A stretch of DNA of 64,000 bases. Origin: Iphione sp. A-MEVVRFRX5 (taxonomy: Eukaryota). The stretch lies in the NCBI GenBank assembly GCA_976226885.1, contig OZ320317.1, positions 79,112,001-79,176,000 of the forward strand, read 5' to 3'. The notes below the pieces were generated by a model. The model saw only the letters and a program-made list of their open reading frames with translations. It was not told where the DNA came from and ran no database searches. Position numbers and translations under genes: made by a program. Shown here piece after piece: positions 51,306 through 64,000 of this stretch (within the stretch, counting starts at the first letter, position 1; every line of letters starts with the position of its first letter).

Positions 51306-51391
51306 GAACATATGCTCCCATGAGGTAACGTCTTGACCACTGGTCAATTCTTCATCGATTACTCATACAAAGTCTCCGGAGCATATGGTTC
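51306..51391. other. Imperfect stem-loop of about 86 nt
   Basis: Three nested pairings: GAACATATGCTCC with GGAGCATATGGTTC, ATGAGGTAACG with CGATTACTCAT, and TTGACC with GGTCAA around loop ACT. Large bulges lie on the 3' side. Confidence 0.4.
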
Positions 51392-53639
51392 TTGGGTGAT
51401 TGTCTGAACTGATGAACGATTGGTCCTTTGCGTGGAAAACTATTCCTGATGTATCAAACAGTTGTGTGCGATAAGATTAATGTGGGAAATTGCCTGCAGC
51501 TTTTATCCATGTAAATCGCCATGCTTCATGACACATTGATATATGTATATTTTGCAATATATAGAAAACAATTCAAAATTACAACATTGTGTTTCAGAAA
51601 ATATTTCGCAGCATGAATCCTTGGTGTGACAAAGATGGCTGTTGGAGGAAAAAAATGACAGGATGGTTTGGTTATGTAGTTAATTAGTCAATCAAGATAG
51701 ACACGTGTAATCCTTTTTAGACCTATCATATCGTGGGTGTTAGGCAATTATTAATGACATCTAAAGATACTAAATATGTTTTGTGAACCATGTTGAACAC
51801 GGGTAAGTACAAACGTGACCTTCATCATATTCATTGGTCGCCGTGGAAAAAAGTGAATAAAGAACATGGCAAAATATAACAAGACAGACTTGGAGCATAA
51901 TTCCAAAACGCTGTGCTGCAATACCATGCTAATCAAGATCGAATTAAAGACAGGACTATGGCCCCTTGATCAATATGTAATATGTACACAGGCATAATTT
52001 ATTCAGGTAGAGTGGTAAGTGAGAACACCATTGTTGTAGGGCATACACTGTACTTCAGAATGAGACAAGGAAAAAGAAAATTGTTGATGGAAGAGATCAA
52101 AAGGAGATATTAGATTAGATATGGTTCTTATGTTTTATGGCAATCTGTTTTATAGGGCGTATTTTATATAAGCGACAGGTTGAAAAAAAATGTAATTGCA
52201 TGTTTTGTTGACTTTCTACAAGTATATTTATAGTCACCTGGCTCGCCACGCTAATCATAGTTAAGGAGTCTTTTGTATCTCGAAAAAACATCCAGACAGC
52301 TAATTCAATCAATCATAACGTGCGGCAAGGTAGCAAAAGATGGTTGTACCTATCTGACTAAATAAAGGTTCTGGGTACCTTTCCCTTGCGTAGGGCACCT
52401 GGCTAGTTTGGCGTACCTCCTCGACAACATCAAATGACTGCTATTATGTTTCATTGTAACTTACGGGAGCTATATTTTTATGCACGCCGTAAGTTCGCTC
52501 AAATTGCTTTTGTAGTTGCTAGTACGTCTCTTCAATATAAGCAACCCCGCTTTAAAGCATGAGGCGAGGGATACTAAAAACGAATACAGAGTAATGCATT
52601 TGTGTAGGACCTTGGATGATTTAAAAGCCTTTTCTCTCCTTTTTCAGTTTTATTTTTCATTTCAAAGCGCACAAAATAAAATTCACCGCCATCTGGCTGG
52701 ATAATTATATTTTGGACAATTAGTTCCATTATCTTGATTGCAGACTTGGTTCAGAACATGAGTTATCGAGCATTGGTATACATTGTATGTTGTTTTCCAC
52801 CTAGGTTGTTTGTTCGTTTCCTGTAATTAATTCATGCACGCCCTGCAAATGGCTCGATAGTGTTGTTAACAACCCTGCTAGAGTACCCACACACATATAC
52901 ATGTTCTCATTCGTTCTCTTACTCAGCTAAGTAGAACGTCTATTCAATGATCCTGTAATTTGAAGGAATACAGTAGTGATGTTAAGATTTTACTTCTTCA
53001 CGACGATATTAGATTTGAACAAACTGAATCACCATGTGGTGAGTGAGTTTATTATCCAGTCCCTTGTTAGTAGGCGGAAAGAGGGATGTTTGATAATTAC
53101 ACCGTAGAGCGCGTGACTGAGTCCATATGTATCGGTGTATGTATATATTCACCATCCACAGACATTAGCCTACATGGGCATTTGAATATATCCATAGATA
53201 TTATATGGATGTGGTCTCTTACCGAGCAGGGATCTTAGGCGATGCAAAAAAATAGGACAACTGATAATGTGATTAATGTACGTTTTGCTCGTTCCCAAAC
53301 AGGTTTTGTCAGATAAGTCGACCAATTAATCCTAGGACTCGGGGAAACGAGGCTGCAGTAGAAATCTGTGTGACAATTAGGCAACCAGTATTGCCGGAGG
53401 TGGAGAGAAGTTTGCCTGGATGTAGCCTGGCGCGGGGACGACAGTAGGGCATAGAGGCCGATGTCTTGTTTGCTTAGGGCTATACATGTCTCTGGCGAAC
53501 ACAAAGCACTCCCCGAAGTTCTGTGGCGCCCACAGAGAGAGTCGCATTGTGGGCAATCGTACTTGCCATCACAGGTTTTCCTCGCTTTCCCTGAGCTCCC
53601 TCCATCTTTGCTCTGATACATTTTTTTCTCGTGTTCGTT

Positions 53640-53900
53640 ACTGTCTTTTCATTGTTTCTCTTTCTCCTCCCTTTTTTTCTTTCCTCCTTTAATCGAGTTG
53701 TTCTAATCTCTTCCTCGTTTGCTCTGCCTTCATATTTGTGCCTGTCTCTATGTGTTACATATATCGCTTCATTTGTCTCTTTTCTCATGTGCGCCGTTTG
53801 CTACGCTATATTACCCCTCCGTTTCTTGCCTTTCCTTTTCCCAGTCTCCTTCTCCTATCAGCATCTTCGGAAATCTGCCATTTTTCTTGTTATGGAATGA
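53640..53900 (+). repeat. Pyrimidine-rich low-complexity tract
   Basis: T/C-dominated sequence that explains the overlapping F/L/S-rich and K/E/R-rich ORFs at 53480-53979. Confidence 0.75.
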
Positions 53901-56900
53901 GAGGCAGAGTGGGGTGGTGGTTGGGGTGGTGGGGAGTGTGGAGACTTGTGTGCCTTACCGGGGAGGGGGGGGCAGATAGCGGGATAACCCCTTGGTCCTG
54001 CGCATCACGCGCCATCTTTGTGACACCCAAAGTGTGACGCCACGAAACTGTTCGTCACGTGTGACCCATGACTCCCGCAGCAGCCCCCGCTGGCACTGTC
54101 AACTCATTTCATCCAAACAGTGCGCGGCAAAGGGGGTGGGGGGTGTGAAGCGAAAGAAAAAAAACACATCCTCTTGTGACGGAGGGCCGTCCATGGTGCG
54201 CAATTCAGCCACCCACTGGGAATACGCGACGCATGTACGTCCAAAAGAGGGGTACAACCCGTCGGCGGGCTGCAGTCGTTGACCGCCTCCCCCTGGAGAC
54301 CACCGCAGGGTTTGCCTTGTCGAGATAGAGTGGCAAGCTGCAAGCTTGACCAGTGGCCCAGATTAAACAGACCAGCAGGTTGCTCGTCAGGCGGAAGGCT
54401 ATTCATTAGCCTTATATGAGCGTATATATATCACCAGCGCTCAGCAAGCAGACGATAACGAGCGTATCTGACGCCTCCATAGAAGATCGGCTCCCTCTCC
54501 CGCAGATGGATGGATGCTTTCATGTGGGAGAGAAATCCGCCTCCGCCGCACTGTCCGTAGATTATCCGGCTTTTAGAGATGGTCTGGTAACACAAAAGAC
54601 ACCGGAGTTGGATGAGTAGATTTGGAAGAATATTCGATGGGCAATATTCACTTTTTTTCGAATCTGCCAACGTTTCATCCTCTGGCACCAGTGTGCCACA
54701 AGGGATAACAAAAGAAATGTGCATCACAATAGGATGAAGTGAGAATTGTCCCGCCAATGGAAAGGATTCAGGCCATTCTCTTCAGGTCATATTATTTGTC
54801 GGTTTGTTTGACTGCTTTCATTAACGAAGCTTGACAAGTATAATTCAAACTGAACAGACACCAGAGAGGTATAAGAAGTGAAGGATTGGTATCCTTGGCG
54901 AGGCGACTGCCAGCAATCCCCATAGGCCCCAGCCAGTACGCTGACAGGCATGACCGGAATGCCACAGTATGGCCGAGACACTACTCCAGGTCATAAAGTA
55001 CTATTTCCATGAGTCACTCCTCACCTCAACAGCACCAAACAGCTCTTTCAAGTCGCTCGGAGAACACTTGAATTTCTTATCCCTGCGCCAGCGCTGTCAC
55101 CTTGCTTGAGATTAGCATTGAAATGGCCGGAGCCGGTAATGCTGGGGTGTAGTTAATGTTGCAATTGTCTGTAATGGTTCAGTGGTCGGTAACATCATCG
55201 GTGAGAGCGTTTCTTGTTAATATGCGCATATGTTTTGCATGCGTTGTATGCTTTTTAAACACTCACAATCGTGTTAAGAACGTTGATGTAGGTAAGGGGA
55301 AATTGGACTTCGTTTTTTGTATATAAGAATGTTATAATCAACCTGATTGAAGAACTGCCAATGAGCTCGGGTATGTTTGTCAGCAATTCCTTTCATCCAG
55401 TGCCACCTACCTTACCTCCAGTAAGAAAGGATATGAAAATATGGTCTAAAGCTACAATATCCGCTTCGATTGGCCAACATATGACACTATTTTTATCATC
55501 ATTGTGGGGATGTTTCTCTACCTGCCAACCATCCCGATATTGATCAGTCAAGTGCTAGCGAAGAGGAAACAATGCCTGACATGCCTTAATTTTGTTAAAA
55601 ATATATACATTTCAAAATCTACATTCACCAATAACTGATCATGGCTGAAAGAGTGATAAAATCCCCCCTCCACCTTCAAGTTGGGCATCCTACAGATGAT
55701 GAGGATCACAGCATTAGTCTCCATAAAACGACCGATGACCTAGCGTAGACCTCTAGGCTGACCCTCCTGAAGCTAGGTTAAGGAGTCTTCCCCAACTTAA
55801 CGAATACACGTACTTCTATGAGTCAGATGATTTCTAAAAGGATCTAGTGACGTCGTTCCCTTTGAAACGTGCTGGAGCCGGGGAGCAACTCTCTTTGTGC
55901 AACGGTTAATTGTCTCGTATGCATCAATGTTTTATGGGCGGCAAGACTGCTGACAACTGGTAAAGAAATCAGCAGGGATTTCTTGAGGTAGTGACTTCAG
56001 ACTGAATCAAATGACGATGGGCCTTGAATTCTACAAGACACTGTCTTGTTCTTGACTGCTGAGTACTTCCTGAAATTCTGTTTTAGCTTTCTGAGCACAA
56101 ACAAATCTGATAGAGCAAAAGTATCTCTAACGATCTCAATCTTTTCAAGAGCTTAATACAATTGTCTACCATAGTGAGTGGAACGGTAAGCGCAGCATCT
56201 GAAAGTCACATCTAGTCAAATTAATTCAAATGGTTCTACATAGCTTTACAGACAACGTTGTACCAAGAAATATAACGGTAAAACTGGTCCTGCTTCTTTC
56301 CTGTATTTGGCTTTTCAAATTTTCTTTTCTTTTAAGCTTGTAGGTTCTGCATGGTTTGTTTGTTACATACAGATCTGCATATGTACTCCCCACACATCCT
56401 AACAACAAGTTATGCTTGTACAGTATCCTCTAATATTAGATTTTGAAATGTTGTTCCTCAGCTGCCTACCCTTTCACTAACAGCAGCTTTTAGTGTATTA
56501 TGCCTCCGGCGAAGCTGGACATAATAGACCGTAGAAAACAGTCAAGCAGCTCATGGAACATCTAATGGTCGAATGTCTACAGCTCGGAGCAGCTCTATGA
56601 ATTAACGAGCAGCTTGATGGGAGCATTTATTCTGCTACGTGTAGTCGAATACCTCATTACGTGGTGGTCACGTTATAATTTCAAACTGTACACTAATAGA
56701 TCAAAAAATGATATCTTAATTGTATTGTTGGAAAAAAAATTTACCGTGGAAGTTATATTAGACATACAAATTACTCCGTGTAAACTTTGGGTAGCTATAA
56801 TTGTGTGTAATAAATTGTATTGATTTGAAGCAGCAAAACGGCTCCGGTACTTCAGGTAGATTATTCATATGGGTTACGACTTTTGTGGCATTTTATTTTC

Positions 56901-57914
56901 CTTCTGGAGCGAGATAGAGAAGTAGTCTGTTATCTGTGTGCAAAGAAATTACACATTTCTGAAGAAATACAGCATAGAATGTCACATGGCAACAGGGTAA
57001 TTATGTACGAATAAAAAGCTTGAAATCCTGAATAAAGCATCGCGTGGAACCTCATCTCTATGTGGACTGTTATCTTTGGTAAGAGAAATTTAGGCAAATA
57101 ATCTTCACCAGCGCACTTTGTTAGAGCAGTAACGCCAGACTACATGTATATACAATCTCTAAAGCGACCTGTGTATATAGATATAATGTTGTGTGCCTAT
57201 ATAGATATAGATAGATGGACACGCGAAGGAAACAACGTCACTCCAGCAACCGTAGTAATCGCGTTAGGTTTGCTGGAGAATGATACCATCAGGATGAAAC
57301 GCCCCTCTGTAAGGAGGGCCCCGGGCCATAGTGTTTTGATGAAGTAGAGCTTTTAATGAATGATGTCATACGTCCTCACCTTGGAGTTGATCCGGGCCTG
57401 GGCAAACATCAGGCTTCAACGCAAGATGGTAGCTAGTTCTTTTTTCCACCCCGATCGTCGCAATGACCTCCTCCACAACACACTGTGATTGATGTCAAGC
57501 AACGCCCCAGTTGCGCATCCTGTCCTCCTTGCTAAGAGGGAGGGGGGAGGTAGTTAATTAGCGTGAGCGACTCGAGTGGCTGGCCCTGCCGAGGGCATCG
57601 AGCAGGTCGCCATGGTGTAGGCCGCTCACAACCAGCGCGCCACACGGTGGCAGTCACCTGGAACAAGCACAGGCCATCTATGCTGTATCGGTGACGAGGC
57701 AGCCTTGTTTTCTGGGCAGAAGGTGTTGTCTAGTCAGCCACCGCGAGGTGCTCAGAGTCGCTTGATGAGCTACTGGGGGAAGACCTAGCTGAGCAGTTTC
57801 TTCGAGCGGCCGGCAAACTTTCTGAGTTGGTAATTAAGTCGATTAGGTGCCGCCCAACCTGTGGACTATTGGGATCAGTACGCGGCAATTACTGCTTTTG
57901 ATGGATGGAGGCAG

Positions 57915-57980
57915 GGAGAGGGGCCGACGGGGGAAGGGGGCCTTGATGGGCTGGAGAGGGGTGAAGGGGGTGGGGGGTGC
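57915..57980 (+). other. G-rich tract with G-quadruplex potential
   Basis: More than four G3+ runs with short loops (GGGAGAGGGGCCGACGGGGGAAGGGGG...GGGGTGAAGGGGGTGGGGGG). Similar tracts occur near 6623-6660, 39228-39304 and 53910-53972. Confidence 0.5.
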
Positions 57981-60764
57981 AGTCACCAGCGGCTGTTTCT
58001 CTTATCAGAATTTGCTTGTCATGTCATCCGCGAGAGAAGTGTGAGCAGTGGGGTAAGAACCGTCATATATCTGCAGCTTCCGCCTCCTCACATCTCTCCT
58101 TCGTCAAGGCAGATCTTACTTGTGAAGGGTTAAGTTCATTATGGAGGACTAGTCGAAGTATAGTCCTAAAAACTACATTTTTTTAAAATACCATCAACAC
58201 GTTATTGTGAAAAGATTGGTTGGAGCATAGAATGACAGGAATGAGAAACAAGAAGGAAAGGCTCTCAAGCTAGCGGGAATATAATGTACACATATGTACA
58301 TGTACATATATTTCTACTTCAGTGCTATTTCACCATTGTCTATAAATGTGAAGCATGCATGAGGATACTCTCAAACAAACCTACGTTACAACATCTCTGA
58401 AGCACATGATCTAATGCTTATTTTCTTCGTGAGATTTACTGACATTTAACAAAACATTCCTCTCAAATTACCAAAGAGCAACACCGAAGACCCCACGCGC
58501 TGAATCGACACGTTTCGCTCTGTTCAAGAGTCTTTGATCTCTGATGCGTTAATAGTTTAGATCAAAGTGCACCGTTTATTTTCTAAAGATGCTTTTCAAT
58601 TACTCTGCGATTTAGTTGTACAAAAGTAGGCCCTATCTGAGACCGATGGTGGTGAGTGTACTATCGCTCTTCTCACTGGGGTCTGTGCCAGGGTCTGATG
58701 GTTAAAATAGTCCCCACGGTTGACAGCTCACTTCCCGCAGACAGCCAGGGCGACACGTGGCACAGGGTCGGCGCATATTAGCCACATTAAATCTAGACAC
58801 GGACTGTGGCCCAACGGCGTGTGTGGCTCCGGGGTAAAGAGGGGTGTACTAGCAACGGTAGAAAGTGAACACACCAAGTCATGCTTCTGTCGCCCCAATG
58901 TAGGCGGCCAGGGGGAGCCACGGTGCCCTGGCCTTTGTTTGCACGCAGATAATTTGATTCGCCGAGGTGAAGTATCTGCGGCTATTGGTCCCGCTGTCAA
59001 CCGTCCGTGTTTGAGGGGCTGGGCGGTTCGACTTTGGCGTTGTGTTGTGAAACACTGGCCTCTACCAAGTGGGTTGGCATCGATCATTAATCTCATCTCA
59101 CCACCTTCGTCCAGTCTCCGTCTTCATCTGTCCTCGTCCGTTCGGCACGACTTATCCATCACGTCACACACTCATGTATATGGCACTTGGCCGTCTGCCG
59201 ACACCCGGGCGCTTAATGCAGTGAAGAGTATGGCAGTCTGGTAGACGGTTAGCTTTGAGGTGTATTGCGTCCAACAAGAAATAGCTGGCTCTCCCTCGGA
59301 GGGAATAACTGGCCTCAGCGATGAGCTATTAGATTGTTAAATGTGTGTTTGCACGATTTCAATTATCGCTGTTATACAATATAACAGATTAATCAAACAA
59401 ACACTTCATTCTGAAAACGACTGCTGAAGAAAACTCGCACTGTTTTGCGTAGACATGAAACTTAGCCTCTTATCCCTTTTCGTTACATATTTTTAATCTG
59501 TAGAATAAAACGTTCTCTCTTCCCTTGCCAAAATCACCAGCAGCCACTTAACGTGGTATCGTATAGGAATAGATAAAAATGGAATCTTCCACAAGGATGT
59601 TACATAAGAATAGGAAAGGTATCCAGGCCTATTTCCATGAAGTTTTGTGGGGGTTATCGGACCATACACCCAATACTCCAGGGGTGGAACTAATTTTATT
59701 CATCTCTATGAAGACCGGTAGGTATTAATGTCTGGCGGGGGGGGGGGGTATCCGACGATTCCCTTAGTACCCCTGAAACCCCTGTGGCTATGGACATCAA
59801 GTATAATAACCTATTTAAATTGTTAAACTGAATAAGCCCATTATCTGAAGATGAAGGACCAGAATTGTAGCTTCATTGGGATTCCACTTTCCCTTTATAG
59901 TACCATGCGCTAGATGGAATTAAGGCCAGACCGATCTCGTCTGGGTGTGGAGGAGATCCCTTCCTTTCGAGGTTTCATCACACCCACCACCAGGAGATGG
60001 ATCAATGAGCCAATAATCCTGCCAAACCATTTATCGTAATATTAACGAACGTTTGCGCCTCCACACATCTGTGTAGACAGTGTGCACAAGGGGGTCTTTG
60101 AACTCCACTTTAAATTTGACAAATATTACTCCCGGGTGTACTACTCGAGTGCAACATTTCCTGCCCTGGGCAACATGATCAGCCTAGCCGTTAGCTGAAT
60201 AGATCACTTCCTTGGGTGCGACATATCACGAACCCCAGGGCCCCATCCTACCGGGGCGAAATGCGAGGCTGTTTATCAAGAGATCACGCTGGGCACTGCT
60301 CTCCTCACAGTCCACTATTCCCTCCTACTATTCCAGCTCACGTCTTTCAGTTTCTGTGACGTGTACCGTGAGATTACTTGTACGCCGTGCTCCTTTGCGT
60401 GCTCACATACGAAAGTTCAGATGGAATTTGTTCAATGTACAGCTGAACTTTTATCCCTCATTCTTTTTGCAAAAGGACTCTTCTAGGGACATGGTATTGA
60501 TCTGTGGTAGGCAGTAAAGCCCAAAAAAAAAGGGTCATATAATTTAAGATTTCTCTGTCTGATAACATTAATCAAGACTGCAAATTGCAAATGTAAGGAT
60601 CTCCTGGTAGTACCTTGATCATATTTATCATTTATAATCCAACTTCATTTGGTACAATACACTATGATTGGTAATGTGTGTAAATTAATACATTGCTATG
60701 TGACATGTCAAGATGGTGTATGGTCAAGATACCTGTCAATCAAAATGTTCTTTGACCAACGACA

Positions 60765-60794
60765 CAATTAATATCATGCAATTAATATCATGCA
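60765..60794. repeat. 14-bp tandem duplication (CAATTAATATCATG)x2
   Basis: Read directly. Confidence 0.9.
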
Positions 60795-60935
60795 TCACAA
60801 ATGGCCAACCTGCACAGATGACATTCGATTGGCACTGTTCCTCATGTGTGACCACATTCAAATTATGATTGCCACATTTCATTACCTGGTTATGTAAATG
60901 GACATGCATCAATTGAGAACATGCTAATACATCTA

Positions 60936-61114
60936 CAGCAGAATCTTGATTTCCGACTAGTGGTCGGGTCTGGCCCAAAATGGTCGTAATAGCAAGTCTG
61001 GTCGTAAATAGATACTAATTTACTATACAATTCAGCACATCTGTTCCCATTTCAGATGGTCGTAATAGCAAGAAAGGTCGGAAATTGATGTGGTCGCAAA
61101 TAGAGACCCCACTG
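60936..61114. mobile_element. MITE-like non-autonomous DNA transposon (TA target site, CAG-start TIR, Tc1/mariner-like ends)
   Basis: Flanked by TA at 60934-60935 and 61115-61116. The left end TACAGCAGAATCTTGATTTCCGACT matches the reverse complement of the right end, TACAGTGGGGTCTCTATTTGCGACC, at 17/25, and 6 of 8 mismatches are transitions. GGTCG occurs at 60962, 60982, 61000, 61058, 61076 and 61092, and ATGGTCGTAATAGCAAG is exactly duplicated. Confidence 0.6.
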
Positions 61115-64000
61115 TATATTCATTTTCATTACACTGACACTGTGACTAAAACCCTTCATTTTAAACAGTGTACATGACCATAGTAAAACTATGACTGTCA
61201 CATAGTGTGAGTGGCGGCTGCAGCTTCATGACAGTATGGCCATGTGTCAGTTGATCTTGTGCATCACCAGACCAATTAATCAAAATGCAACAGCTCACTA
61301 TGATCAGATTGGCTATCTGTATTCCACATTCAGTTACTCCGAACTCCCCTGTTGGCAAAGTGAACGTTCATCGTTATCATTGGAAAAAGGTGAGTGAAAG
61401 AAACCTCTTCCAGGAATCGGCTCCGTAACTATACAGGCCTTACCTGAATCGTTTGCTCCATCAACAGTCCTTGTACACGGTAAGGCCCTACAACAATATT
61501 TAGGGACCTACACACCTAGCCCCCTTTAAATTATCTTGATGTAGATTTAATTGGATTAAAATAACGCATTCATGGGCGCGTAACCTGCTCAGGATACCCC
61601 ATGTTAGCTGTCGCCCCTCCGACCAGCAGCCTGTCCCTACAACTGCAGCGCCCATTGCCGTAGGGGAGTCGCTATCTGTGATAGAGGCAATGTAAGCCGA
61701 CCTTGTGCTCAGTGTTATCCCGGGGAGGGGTTCTTCCCCCCCCCCCTGCCCCCCCCAAGTGGTGGCCCAGTCAGACAAATCTAAGGCGGTCTGTATCTGT
61801 TGATGGAAGTGACCGTCAGTCCGCTTATTTACACCTCCTCCTCGTCGTCGTCGTGTGGCGGAGGCCGGGAAGCAACCTCAATGGACCCAGGCTCACATGT
61901 CATTCCGCCATTTGGGAAATCATTCCCTAGAAGAGTGGTCTAAGCAACTCCATAACACTGAACTCCCAACTGCCGGTCGGAGGCCCCAGCCAATATAATT
62001 ATTTCTTTTCTCATTTCCTTTTAGAGAGAAGTGTTGGTTCTCTGCTCAATGCCCGATTCGTTTGCCCCTTACACATCGCGGTCGGTCTTAGATTTGTTAC
62101 ACGGGAATTAGAATACATTTCTACGTATGTCATTTCAATGCCATTACAACTACATTCATCTATTCACGAAGGTGTATGTAGTACCCAAAGGATATTCTTC
62201 CTCTGTACATGGCGCGTGTGAATACATGAAAATAACGGGTGTTTAAGTCACAGGGACTGTCGAGGGCCAAAAGCCCGTCCCCTGAAATTAATATAGGGAC
62301 CCGCAGTGGTGATGGGTTCTTTTGCTTAAGAACAGCCAGAGAGCGTGTCATTTCATAGAAGCATTGTCGTTACCGTCATGAATTTACCATGCAAACCTAC
62401 GCACCGACTTACCCACCAACCCCAAACTGGACGACCGAAAATTTTATTTCTTGTGATCAAATAAAAAGAGCTTCCCAGACAAAAATATGAGCCAGAAGGG
62501 AAGTTCATTCCCCTTTCTGTGTACCTATCATGTGTGTACTTAAAAAAGGGATTAATTTAGTTCCAAGAATCATGATTCCAGTCAGGTTCAGCTGATAGAT
62601 GTTATAATTCCTGGGTTTGTCTGCACCAGTTCCTCCAAACTGTGTCTCCATGTAACTACAAGCTGACTGGTGCGACCAAAACTAACGAGTACGCATTCGT
62701 AACAGTCTGTTTTTACGCACTAGACTTCCTTCTCTCTGCGTTCTTTTTAACGTAACGTTGCAAATAACTTAAATGTGCTTGCACACCAGAAGCTCGTGAG
62801 AGATGTAGATAACAGACTTGGGCATGGAGTACCACTTGTCATTCCGGACGACCAATCACATAATAAAGTGCCTCCCAGCAGCCAGACATTTCGGAAACAG
62901 CGACAGCAATGTGGAGACCAAACGCAGATGGGAAACCCGAGGAGTCTGGCGTGAATACACGATATTTGGGGAGGTTACAGCCTCTGTAATCCTGTCTGCT
63001 TCCGTCGACGATAAAAAAAAATGTTCGTGAAGGTTGGACAGTGTTCAAACCAATTGGAAGGGTGCTGTCACCAACGGCTACTTGTTAGTGGCTCAAACCT
63101 GCGACATGTCGTCAGTTTTTAGGTGATAAATGACCGCTGCACGGCGCATTTACAATTACCGCGGATGCTTGCCGGAAGGTTCTGTAACGAGCAAAGTGTG
63201 TAAGATGCCCTCGTCGGCGTTATTTGACATAGCTTCAAAAGTATCCCGCCGACATTCAGTGGTAGTCCCTGTCGCAATTGGTATTACGCCCTCAACGCAT
63301 ATTCACTTCCTGGAAGACACAAGTTTTAGCGACATACTGCCCTGATGAACAAGTTAACAAAACACTGATGAATACCAAAAGATTCCCAAAGCGAAAGGAA
63401 ATAGTACGGAATCCATGAAGATATTTTTGTCCGAAAACTAAGAATTTCTCTCTTTTAAATTTTTCGAAATTCTAGGCGTAATTTTTTCTAGCCTCGTTGG
63501 TATGTAATTGTAAACCTCCTTGACGAATATCCACCAATATGTGTCTTCTTTTCTGGGTGTAACACATTAAAAAATCAGATAAATTAAACGTTTTAAAACA
63601 GTAACGAAGTGGACACAAATGCAGAGTTATAGAATTCAACGTCACTGAAACTATATTTTGTATATAAATGACGTTTATTACGTGCGTATCTTGTTATGGG
63701 GACACACATATCAAGCCGACCATATATTTAAATAGAAAGTAGTGTTTATTTATGATGCAGTCTCCTAAGATGAGATACACAGCCAAGGGTAGATTCCTGG
63801 CTACGTTAAGGAGGGCCTGCTATGAGCAATTGGCTGATCATATCCTGGGTGAGAGGATGCGGGCTTGATGAATGGCTCTCAATAAACGAGGATAATCCTA
63901 ACCTCATATTGGATTATTTAATAAAGGCGGGGTTAAGGGAGGTAAACTCACGATGGCGCACCCTTAGAGTGGGTCGATGCTGTGATATATGTCTTCATGT

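Noticed and set aside
51409-51440. Hammerhead ribozyme core (CTGATGA ... GAAA)
   Set aside because: Stem II does not close next to GAAA, and no valid stem III with an NUH cleavage site was found.
53235-53621. 128-aa minus ORF with TCDGKYDC resembling an LDL-receptor class A repeat
   Set aside because: It lacks the D.SDE acidic motif and the six-cysteine spacing.
58720-59244. 174-aa plus-strand ORF (GTG start) with an antisense 122-aa ORF
   Set aside because: GC-rich patch with few stops in several frames and no recognisable family or splice context.

Overview
Eukaryotic, essentially non-coding DNA of roughly 40% GC (estimated by eye) with one 138-N assembly gap (43679-43816). It has no prokaryotic gene structure, rRNA, functional tRNA, CRISPR array or intact transposon ORF. 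None of the ORFs in the six-frame track matches a protein family I can name, and the longest ones follow low-complexity or GC-rich DNA. Best-supported content: a heavily decayed L2/CR1-type LINE reverse-transcriptase relic (about 1.9-2.6 kb) and a weaker second one (about 8.2-8.4 kb), two related tRNA-derived SINE-like heads (3.6 and 4.3 kb), a TA-flanked MITE with six internal GGTCG motifs (60.9-61.1 kb), several tandem repeats including an old 32-bp minisatellite (14.9-15.5 kb), microsatellites, a concentric nested palindrome (46.8-46.9 kb), and many CpG-rich patches. Some of these patches have promoter-like motif clusters or candidate first exons. The palindrome TACATGTA is strongly over-represented, which I associate with marine invertebrate genomes (inference). 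I found no convincing novel biological system. The window may be gene-poor intronic or intergenic DNA, and a model-generated or decoy origin cannot be excluded without a database search.
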